Under the pieces are notes generated by a model that was not told the origin of the DNA, ran no database searches, and saw nothing but the letters and a program-made list of their open reading frames with translations. 20,000 nt of DNA from an uncultured virus (IMG/VR IMGVR_UViG_3300025132_000025) (lineage: Duplodnaviria; Heunggongvirae; Uroviricota; Caudoviricetes): IMG/VR virus record IMGVR_UViG_3300025132_000025. One strand, written 5' to 3'. Position 1 is the stretch's first letter. Each line of letters starts with the position of its first letter. This document shows, in pieces, positions 1 through 12,000 of this stretch. A program made the translations under genes and the position numbers.

Positions 1-3000
1 TCTAAATTTATGAGGGAGAATCCAGGCCAAGATATACCTGCTACTATTGCAGGAAAGACAGGAGGTTATGTGATTAATTTAAAACATGAAGGTAAATCTA
101 TCCAACAGAATTTAGATATTCTTGGGCCAGATGTTATTTTTGGTATTGACTTAGGAGGCCAGGGTGTTAACTATAATAATACAAATGAGAATAACTTTGA
201 ATCAGAGTTTACTGAGCAAGGGTATTTGTATGCTAGAATTAAGGCTGCTAATGGGAAGTACATTCCTGTTAGATTACAAACTAATACACTAAGCGATAAA
301 GCTGTACAAATCCTACTTGATACATTAATAGCAGACAATCTTACAGCAGAAGATAAGCAATTATTAGTTGAGCAGATAGTCCACTTACCTAGAGGTACTA
401 ATGCTGATGCACAATTCAAACTGGGAGGTAAAACAAATAAAACATTTGCTGCTAGCTTTGATGTTACCATGGATAACTTCCAAATCAAGTTTCCTTTTAG
501 AGGTGGTGTGATCGGTATTCAGTATAATATGGAAGGTAAAGACGGGAATGCTCGTAATAACTTATTAAATGCATTAGAAGGGAAAGAATTTTTATACAAA
601 GCATATGATGCGCAAGGTAATATAATTCCTATTACAGGAAATGAAATTACTTCTACACACGAGAATACGGGTAAAAAGAATACACTTCGTAATAGCTCGG
701 CATTACAAGTGACTCCGACAGAAGTTAGAGATGCATTAGTAGAACACCTTAAGAGTAAAGTATATAACATTCAGAAAAGTAAAATAAATACAAAAGAAGA
801 ATATCGAAACCCATTATCAGACACATCATTTGCAAACTATGATACATTCTTAAAAGAGATGGATATAGTTAGTACTGATATTCCTGGAGCAGGCCAACAA
901 CAGTTTAGCCATAGTAGATTGTATTTAAATATACCTGAATCGTCCTTTACTCCGGAAGATAAGACAGCTCCTGAGTTTATAAAAGATGATTCAAAAATAG
1001 AACTTATTCCTGTCCCTGAACCAGAAGGAGAGTTTGATGTAGTATCAAGCTCAGAGCCTAGCCTATCAGATGTATTAGGAGGAGAACCTGTAATACAAGA
1101 AGAAGGAAATGAAGTTGCACAATCTAATGAATTAACAGATGTTGTAGCAGCATGGTTACAAACTCCAGAAGGAAGTTTAGATAATCAAACTGCAGAACAA
1201 TCAGCTGGTAAATTTGCTGTAGAATTCTCTAAAAGATCTGAGTTAAGTAAAAAAATTGCAGAAAAAGCAGATGAAGATGTTACAGGAGGAGATCTATTTG
1301 ATATGATAGGTCAGGGAATGAATGTAATGGATAAAGTGCAAAAAGAAATAGAAAGACAAAAATCATCTAAATTAATCTCAAGTAGTCAAAATAAAATTTC
1401 TCAACAAATTAATGAGGTAGATCCAAGCAAAGATGATGACTTTGATATTAAGCTACGTCAGTATGAACAAGTAGGCCCAGGATATGATCTTATGACAGAG
1501 ACTGAGAAGCAGTGGGTTCTAGATCGATTTGGTGAAGAGGCTTTAGATATAGTTAATAGAGTTAAGTATATGACTCTTAAGGATGGAAGACAAGCATGGG
1601 GTTATTATCATAATGGATTAATGACTGTTGCAGAAGGCGCTATGGCCGGTACTGCGTATTGGGAAGCGTTCCGTCGTATATATGATCTACATTTAACCGA
1701 AGATGAAAAATCATCTATTGAATTAGAAGCTATTGAAAAGTATGGCCAGAATGCAGATATTGAAACTAAGTTAGCAGAAGACTTTAAAGATTATATGTTA
1801 ACTGAGAATGCGGAAGGATTTGGTGCAGCTATAAAAAGATTCTTTAGAGATCTTATGTATCATATCAAGAACATGCTAGGTATGCGAAGTGAAATCGAAT
1901 ACTTATTCAGGGATCTAAATAAAAGAGAGTTTACAAAGTATACTGCTAAAGAAGCTGCAGAGTTATCACAAGCAAGTGCCCCTAAACTTAGAGAGAAACG
2001 AGGTTATAATCTAGATCAATCAAGAGAGATTGTTAAAAATATCAATTATAAATTAGCAGAAGCTCTAAAAGCTAAGTATGCTAAGAAGGCTGAAGATGCT
2101 AAGAATGTAACTGAGGCGGAGCGTGAGCAGATCAAAGAACAGTGGAGAGAGTCATTAACTAACCCTAATGAGTTAAAGGGTGCATATGAATCTATCAGAC
2201 AACAATGGGAGGCTGCGGGTAAAAGATTATCACAGAGTGAAGATGTAAACCAAAAGAACAAAGGAATCAATGCCGTGAATGCAACAAAACCGGATGTATG
2301 GTATGATGTACTTGATGAATTTGGTAATGTTATTAGCCCAGGATTCCAATCACTTGCTGTAAGAGGTTTACGTTCTCAGTTTGGTGTGAAGTATACAATC
2401 AAGAAAGGAGGAGAAATTAATTATACTAATCCAGTAGTAGAAGAACCTATTACAGATGAGGATACTGATATAGTTGAAGAGGGATTACAGTCTAAAGAAA
2501 AGCTGCACGGAGTAAACTTTTACAATACCCCGGTTAAGCAAACGTTATCTAAAGATATTAAGTTTGAATTAGGATTTATTACAGAACAAGATAGTAAAGG
2601 AAATACTATATATGGTAAAGTTCTTGGATTACCTACATACATGGAGTTTGATGAGGTATATGCATACTTATCAGTTAATTTAGCTAATGTACCTCAAGGT
2701 AAAGTCATTGCTAAACTTGCTGAACTAGCTGAGAGCGGTCATCATATGGTAGAACAAGTTCTTCAGATATATACTAAAGCTAATAAACAATGGCAGAATA
2801 AGTTTGTATCCCACTTTAATAAACAAAACATTAGATTTAAGACATTAATCTTAGCTCCTAATGGAACAGTAAAAGTAGTACACACTAATCGTAATGGTTT
2901 AGAGCAGCAGATTATACGTAGATGGGTTGATAATAGAAACGAAACAGAAATTTATAACCCTACAACAGGTAAAGAAGACGCGTTAAGTGCACCTGCTATT

Positions 3001-6000
3001 ACTAAGCTACAAGAGTTATATGATCTAACAACAAAGCTATCTAGAGAGAATGCTAACAAGAGAGATTACTTAAAAGCATTTAAAAATACATTAGATTACG
3101 CAGGTATTAGATTATCAGATGAGGCTTACCTAGCAATGCTTAAGGACGAGACTCTAACAGTAAGAGATATAAATTCTTATATGGTAGGTAATAGTTCTTT
3201 CGAGCACATCATGAAGGCCCTATTAAAATTCCAGAATCCTTATATGAAAGGATCTGCTGAGACAGGAGCGCTTAGAAGACTTGCTAAATTAGATGCTTCA
3301 TTTAGAATAGATAATTATGTTGCTTCATTTATGAGCGGTGCTAAAAAACCTATCTATTCTATTAATTTAAATACTTATGACTCTAAGACTACATTAGAAT
3401 TAAGATCTGATGAGACCTATGAGAATGCTATATTAACTAGATTTAGAGATAAGTTCTATAGTCCCTCAGAAAATAACAGACATGTTATCTTAGGATTACT
3501 ATTAGCATACCCAGAAGTTAGAGAAGCTTTCCAGCTAAGTACTTTTGATGTAGTAAGAGAAGCTTCTAATGGAGGTAAAGCCTCTTCTTATTCTCAAATG
3601 AGTGACTCATTATCCGCAGTTACTAGGTTTGCTATGTTCTTTAATAGCGGCCTAAGCTTTGGAGAATTTAACACAGGAACAAAAGGGGATAAAACTCAAT
3701 CAAAATATATAACGTTACCTAAAATATCACCACGTTCAAAATATAATCTATGGAGATCTAATTCTTTAGGACGAGAAGGTTATGTGGATACCGCAGTAAA
3801 CCTTTTAATGCCTGCTGTATTTGGAGAATTAGCCAGAATATCTAAAGTTAACAAGCAATTATTCGGACCAAATCCAATATCATTAGATGAACAAATAGAG
3901 TATTTACACTACGCAAAAGAAAAAGGAGATAATTTAGGACAAGGTTTAAGATTTGTTCAGTTCCCTACACTTAATACATCTGATTTCTTTACAGAAAGCG
4001 GTAGATTAAGAGAGAATGAAACTATGAATCTATCAGTAGAGCAGCTTACTCTAATCAAAACAAAGGTAAGAGAGTATGTAGAACAGCAGATAGAAGCTAC
4101 ACTCGAGACCTTAGTAGAAACTGGAGCAGTTAGTAAAACTGAGGGAGGTGTATATAAGAATGAGCTTTTACCTGGGCAAGCGATAGAAGGAAAGACGACG
4201 GCTGCAGAAGGTATTCTTCCAGCATTATTAGAATTCGCTATAAATGATATAGTATATAAACCTTATATCAGTACTACATTTGGTCCAGACTTAGCTTATT
4301 ACAAAGCAGATTCTACAGGAAATCCAATAATTGAAGCAGGGAAAAGAGCTTATCAAAGTGTAACTCCAGGGATTGATGCAGTATGGAATGAAGATAAGCA
4401 GTATGGATTACCATCTAAATTTAATCATGCTATTATAGAGGATGTATTTGTAAATAGTGAAGAGTCTATTCTTAAGATACTTAAAGATGCTAATGTAAGC
4501 GACAAGACAGCTAAACGAATAGCTGCTGCATATAGAAGAATTAATTCTACAGATGCTCAGGGTTATACTACTCTAGAGTTCCATAAAAAACAAATGGAAT
4601 CTGATGGTAGTTGGACACCAGCTCATGACATTGCATATGAAAAATATTGGTCAAAAGGATTAATGGGAGACTCTAAAGCAAGAGCACTATTATTAGATCC
4701 TAGAAAGACTTATTACTTTGGAGAAAGATTAGTAATTGATTCTCAAGGAAATGAAAGTATAGTATGGGAGCAAATTAAACACTCAACTATTCCTTTACTT
4801 AGAGAATTCACAGAACAATTTAAAGAGACACCAGGAGATAAGAAAGTAACATTAAATCAATTACGTATCCGAATGGAGAGAAAAGATAGCCCTATTGATA
4901 TGGTTAACTTTGAATCTGCTGTTAAGATCGGTGCTGCAGGTAAACTAAATTTAAATATTAATAATTTAGATACCATAAAAGTAAATCAATTAGAGACTAG
5001 ACATCTTAGAAGCCCACAAGTGATTGAGACTAAAACTAAAGCGCCTCTAGATGGAACACAAATGGCTAAATTAATCTTAGCAAACATTAGTCCCTCGGCT
5101 ACATACAATATGTTTGGTTCTGAAATGAGTGGAGCAGATGTTTTAGATTTATATAACGCTGCTTATGCAGAGCGTATAGCCAGATCTCATAATAAACTAG
5201 AACAGTCATTAGGAGTAACTGCATATAGAGATGCCGTGAATAATAGAAATACTATGACTGTGGATCAATTTAATAAGGCACAATTAGATTTCTTATTAAG
5301 AGTAAGAGATGTGGTTACAAACAGCCTTGAGCAAAGAGATCTACCTAGTAACTATTATGCTGCATTAGATATACAAAGATTAGTAGACGACGTTAATGCA
5401 TATGGATTTGAAGCGCCATTATCTTTCCCGCCGTTCGCTAAACGATTTGAATCAATTTTATTATCTCTATTTAAAAACCAAGTACTTAAGCAGAACTTCA
5501 ACGGTATGAGTGTAGTTCAAGTAGCTGAATTTGGATACGAAATAGATAATAGATTACAAATTAAACCACATGAAAATGGAGGAGTATATGCTGAAGTAGC
5601 ATTGCCGTATGAATTAGCAACGAAGATTGGATTAAAACCAGGAGAAGTAGTTGATGGGTCAGATATATATGATTTAATTGGATACAGAATCCCTACACAG
5701 GGTAAAAATTCTATGTTATCACTTAAGGTAGTAAAAATATTACCTGAAAATATGGGTGGTGTTATTATGCTTCCAGCAGAGATCACTACAATGATGGGGT
5801 CTGACTTTGATATTGATAAGATGTATCTCATGATGCCTGAATTATCTAAAGACAAATCTAAGATTAGTGCTTTTGATTTAGCTAGGTATAATGAAAAGAA
5901 ATCCTTTGAAGGTCTTTCAGATAAAGCATTAACAAATGTATTATTTGATTTACGACAAGGTATTATTACATCTAGAAATCATTTAGTTGAACAACTAGAT

Positions 6001-9000
6001 CCGCTAGACTCTCCGACGTACGAAAATAAATTAAAGGAATATGAAAGTAAAGGCTTGATTACTAGTCTAGCTAACATGAATATTAATTCATTTGCTGCAG
6101 ATATATATCTAGAAAAGATTAATAAAGATGCCGGAATGTTAATTGGTATATTCTCATTACATTCTACAGGTCACTCTGTTGCACAGCAAGTTGGATTAGA
6201 AATAAATGAAGGGTTTGGTATTAATATAAGAGTTGATGGTAAGAAGACTCACACATCTTTAAGTAAGATAGAAGGTTTTGACGGTAGATTTATATCTTCT
6301 TATTTATCAGAAGATCAAAATGAATCATTAGATAATGCAAAGTATCAAAGAATCGGGCGTGTAAATGTAACAGTATATAATAGTAATGTAGTAGCATTAT
6401 TAAATAGAGCTGGATTTAGTAATGATATAGTACTCGACTTTATTAATCAGCCTATCATGAGACAGTTCTTTGAAAAGAGATATAAAGCTGATCCAAGTGT
6501 AACAGACATACAGATAGCAAAAGAAATTGCAAACAGTTATAACTTAGGAGTTGAGTTTGATAATATGAGAGAGGGAGATATAGGATTTACTCCTACTGCT
6601 AATTATTTGTCAGAGTCATTACGAGCAAACATGATGGACCCGGGTGTTGCAAGAGATCAAATACAATTATTATCAGACTATTTAAATTACTCTAAAGTAG
6701 GAAGAGATTTAGCTTTATTTAATACAGTGGTATCTCCGGAAACATTAAAGAATTTATCTAGATTAAGTTTTATTGAAAACTACCAAGGTAAGATAGAGTA
6801 CTTAAATGGACCTGGATCATCATTAACATTAGCAAACAGTACCGCTAGAATAGAAGCTTACCAAAAGTTTGGACTACAGGCAGCTGTTGATTTTGTATCT
6901 GAGTTCGTCCCTTACAATAAACCGGGGTACACAGAACTTAAGCATCAAATAGCTGAGGCAACAGGACAAAGAAATAATATATTATCTCCTGAACTTACAG
7001 ACGTAATTAATTCTATGGGATTATATTGGGCCCTTACAAAGAAAGGATCTCCATTCTCAAGTATGATATACGAGAATAGTGAAGCTGTAAGAAAGCTTCT
7101 ATTTACAAAAGAGAATTCTTTAATACAGCATATGGAGAAGATCAAAAATAAGTATGGATTACAAAATGATATATTCCTAGGTATGTTATTCGGGCATGAA
7201 TCAAATGTAAATGTAGATAATTACTTACAGTTGATAGCTTTTAATAATACATCTAAATTAGGAGTAGACCAGTTAGATGCTATTACAAACAGATGGGCAG
7301 AATTATTAGTGGATGAAAGATCTGAAGTAAGAACATTAGCTCAGAATTTAGCTAAGTATGCGGTACTTACATCAGGATTTATGTTAGGCCCTAATTCGTT
7401 TGTTGATTTAGTACCCATGTCATATTGGAAAAGCTCAGGACTTACGGAATATTTCCGTAAAGAAGAACGTGGTATGAGTTATGAGAATTACTTTACTGGC
7501 GCTGCAGAGCAGATCATTAGAAACATGTTTACAGAACAGGGTCTTCTTATGACAGTAGATAATAAGAATGTAGAAACTTCAGACCAAGTAAGAAAAGATT
7601 ATAAGCTTGGTAAAAATGAATACTTCATACATCAAGATAGTAATCCTCAATTAATTACAGAAAAGGCAGATAATAGTAGAGGATACGTGAACTACTTTAA
7701 GTCATTTATGAATGATAAATTTAGATTATTTAAATTTAGATATAAGACTGAACGTGGAGCAGTTTATGAAGAGATAGCACCATTAGGAGAAAGATTTAGA
7801 TTGGTTGAGATGCAAGCAGATAATGCTGTTGTAGAAAGTATGAACCCTATAAATCAGGTAATAAATCCTACAGTAGCGCCTAAAACTGAACTTACTCTAG
7901 ATGAGATGACTGAAAATCAGCAAACTAATTTGACTGATTTACTTCAACTTACCCCTACAATAAAAGAAGCTACACTTAATACATTAGATCAGAGAATTGA
8001 GCAATGGTTAATGGAGCATTTCGGTATACCTGTACAGAAGTATGATAACCTTAAAAAGAAATTAGGAGTTGATGCGATAGGTATGGCAGACATGTTGAAC
8101 CGTGCAGTACTTGTTGATAATAACAGAGATAAATATACATTATCTGAAGAAGCAGGACACTTCTATGTAGAGATGATGGATAACGCTTCAATGAATAGGT
8201 TATTAGAACTAGTAAGACAAACTAAGACATTCCAAACAGTAAAAGAAGATTATAAGCATATATATAATACAGAGTTAGATTTCCAAAAAGAAGCAGCTGG
8301 TAAAATATTATCTAAATATCTTGTAGGTCAATATGAAGGAGAAGCAGTAACGGAAGACTATGGATCAGGACTTCTCGGTACACTAGCTAAGGTATGGGAT
8401 GCAATTAAAAGGTTCTTCAGTGGTAGACGAGGTCAAGTTAATGCCTTGAATGAGCAATTAACTGAGATACTTGGTCCCGCAGCTGATGCAATTATTAATG
8501 GTATAAATCCAGGAGGCTTAAGTATAGATAATATAGGAGTAAATAAATACTATGCATTAGAGAAATCTAATTTTGAATTTAGAAATGCTAAAGGAGAAAA
8601 ATTAAATGCAGCAGATCTATTAAGAAGAGGAGCACAAGCAGCTAGTAGTAAGATTCCATACTTAAGACAGTTTACTGAAAAAGATAAGATGGATAAACTT
8701 ATCGATGAGAGTGAAAATATTCTGCCTCCAACAGAAGCTTCTCCGTACTATGAACAGGATGGAGTTAAGATGAATAGAGTAAGCAGGGTTATGGAGATCT
8801 TCCAAGAACCTTTTGCTCAACAAGAGATGGCGGAAAAAGTAGCTAATATTAATAAGAAGGCTGGAAATGAATTTGATACTGCTGATAAAGTACAGAAGTT
8901 ATGGGATTTCTTAAGAGATGACATGGGGACTGGTATACACACAATAGCAGAAGGTATAATAAATAAGTCTGATATGAGTATGATATTAGATGGCTTGCCA

Positions 9001-12000
9001 CAAAGACATAGAACTGCATTTGAAGGAGTTATTCCTTCTATTAGAGAGTGGGTAAGAAATAAAGAAGCTACTGGAAGCACACTATATTCTGAAGTAAGAT
9101 TAGCAGACAAACAAGATCTTATTGCCGGAACAGCTGATATTATCGAAGTTACCTCTAATGGTAAAAAGATAATACATGACTTTAAAACAAAGATGCGTGG
9201 TAAATTCTCTAATATAACAAAGAAATTACCTGCTTTTAAAGGGCCTTTAGCAGGAATCCAAAACACTATGCTTAATAAATACCGTATACAACAAAGTCTT
9301 TATAAGTATATTATAGAGGAGAAAGGTATAGCGATAGATGGTTTAAATATTGTACCTATTGAAGCAGATGTTTCTATTGATAATAATGGACAAATCTTCT
9401 TTACTAATGCCGGACTCAATACGGAGACCACACCTAACATGAATAAATTGAAAGACTTAGATCCTATACCTAAGAAAACAATTAAAAAGATGATAGAGTT
9501 TATTGCTCCTAATCATGACGCAATGATGAAAGAGGATCAGTACAATCAAGTACTTAAGGTGCTCCAAAAAACAAAAGGAATTCTAGAAAGAAAAATTAAA
9601 TTATATTCTAAGGACCAAGGAAATAGTGACTATGCTAATAGACTTCAAGAAATCTTTAACGAGATGGAAGAGCTTAATGAAAAAGAAGGTTTAGTATTAT
9701 TTACAAAACGTGCAGTGTTTGATCTTAATAACGCGCATCGAAGACTGAATCAATTAAAGAAAGACGACGCATTAAATCCTAGAGTATTATTACAGATAAA
9801 AGATTTTGCAAATGCATATGGTATACTTGAAGAGATAACACTAATGGCTCCTCTATTAGCTGAGTCTGGTTATGAAAATTTATTAGAGAAGTATGTAATG
9901 CCTGCTATAGCAAAGAGAAATCTTATATTAGAAGACATAAACTCATTACTAAGACCTCTTATTGCTGAAAAGTTTGCATCATTAACTTCTAATCCGGAGT
10001 ATAAAAATAATCCTGATAAGTTTATGGAAGAGTTACAATTAGCAGGAGGAGATATAACATGGCTTGCTAGATGGTTAGATGCATTAGGTGATTCAAATGA
10101 TCCTTCATTAGCTATGGTAGATAAGATGGTTACTATACAGAGAGGTAAAGTAAACAAAGCAGAATATGATTTAGTACATGGTGAAGGAGGCTTACTGGAT
10201 TTAACTAAGAAGCTAGAGGACTTCCAATCAAGCCGTGGTATATCTATATGGAAATATAGAGAACTATTTAACTTCATGTTAGAACAAGATGAGCAAGGAA
10301 ACTTAACAGGATACATAGTTCAGAACTATACACCTGAGTTTAGAGCTGCTAAGGACAAGTTTATGAATGAAAAACTTGATGATGGTTATGCATTAAATGA
10401 AATACAATGGGCTTCGTTCTTCCAGGAGGACAACACTAAAAATAGATATAATAAATGGTTAAAGAATGCTCCAGAAACTTATAAAAGTAAAAAGATAGAG
10501 GAGATAAATAATATGGAAGAATCTGATCCTAGAAAACAATATTATGATTTCTATATGAAACATTATGATGAGGCTCAATCATTCTTACCTAAATCATATC
10601 AACGTGGAAAAGCATTACCAGGCTTAAGAGCTACACAGGCAGAGAGATGGTTTATGAATCCAGAACATGATGGTGTATTTAGAGGTAGTGCTAATGCTAT
10701 ACGTGAAAAGATGTTAGAAGTATTTGGTAAAGCACAAGATAATATTCTGTGGGGTGAATACGTTGATGCTGCGGGAGATCCTATGAGTTACATACCAGTT
10801 CATTATTCAACTAGAATAGGAAATCAAGAAGGACAATTAAGTCCTGCAGATGTAAGTTATGATTTAACTAGTAGTTTAAAGATGTATTACACAATGGCTA
10901 CTAACTTTAATGAGATGCAACAAATCTTACCAGAGATAGAGGCAGCAAAAGAATTAGTTAGAACTAGACGTGTTAAAAAGCTTAAGAGTGGAATGCCAGT
11001 ACCAGATGCGGTTACAGGAGAAGATGTTAGTATTGCTGGTATAGACTCTAAAGCATACCAAAGACTAGAAGACTATTTTAATATGGTTGTATATGGTAAG
11101 CGTAAGAAGATGGGTGGTGCTGTTACAATATTTGGTAAGACTACAAATGCAGATCAAATAAGTGATGCATTACTACAAATTGGTAGTTTAAGAGTACTAG
11201 CCATGAATGATAAAGCAGCTGTAGCAAACGTAGCATTTGGTTCTCTTATGAACTTTACTGAAGCGTGGGCGGGACAGTTCTTTACTCTAAAGAATTGGAC
11301 AAAAGCAAAACAAAAGTATTTAGCATACACTTCAACAGACCAGATGGGAGGAACAGGTATAATAGCTGATGCACTATCAAGGGCCCCTAGATCTAAACTA
11401 GGTCAAATGAATGAATTATTTAATGTACTTCAAGAGTTTGATGAGTATGGTAGAAAGCTTAGTCCTAAGAAATTAGGATTAAGAATGAACTCAGGAGCCT
11501 TATACTTTATGATGAGTGCGGGTGAGCATATGATCCAAAGTCAGCTAGCTATGGCAATGATGTTTAATAAAACATTTAAAACTAGTAAAGGAACAATTAA
11601 CCTATGGGATGCATACAGTATAGGAGAAAAAGGTAAATTAGTACTAGACCCTGAAGTAGCATCACAATTTAGTGAACAAGATAGAATCTTATTCTCAGAA
11701 AAAATCCAAGCATTATACCAAAGGTTACATGGTATTTATAATGAGAAAGATAAAGCTGCTATCCAACAATACGCTGCAGGTAGATGGGCATTACAATTCC
11801 GTAAGTGGTTAAGACCTGGTTACCGTCGTAGATTTGAAGGAGCAGAAAAATTATTCTATGATAAAGAATCAGATAGAAAAGGACCTAACTATAATGAAAG
11901 GTTAGAGTCTTACATGGAAGGAAACTATGTAACAGCTGTTAAATTTATAGGCCAGCTAGGAAGAGACTTCAAGAGATTACATTTCTTTACTATGAGAAAA

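Noticed and set aside
4300..6460. Intein or group I intron interrupting the RNAP core
   Set aside because: The catalytic motifs are in one continuous frame. I saw no HINT boundary (C...HN-C/S/T) and no LAGLIDADG or HNH motif.
8746..9360. Nuclease domain as a CRISPR-associated Cas4
   Set aside because: It lacks the Fe-S cluster cysteines, and no cas genes or array are present in the window.
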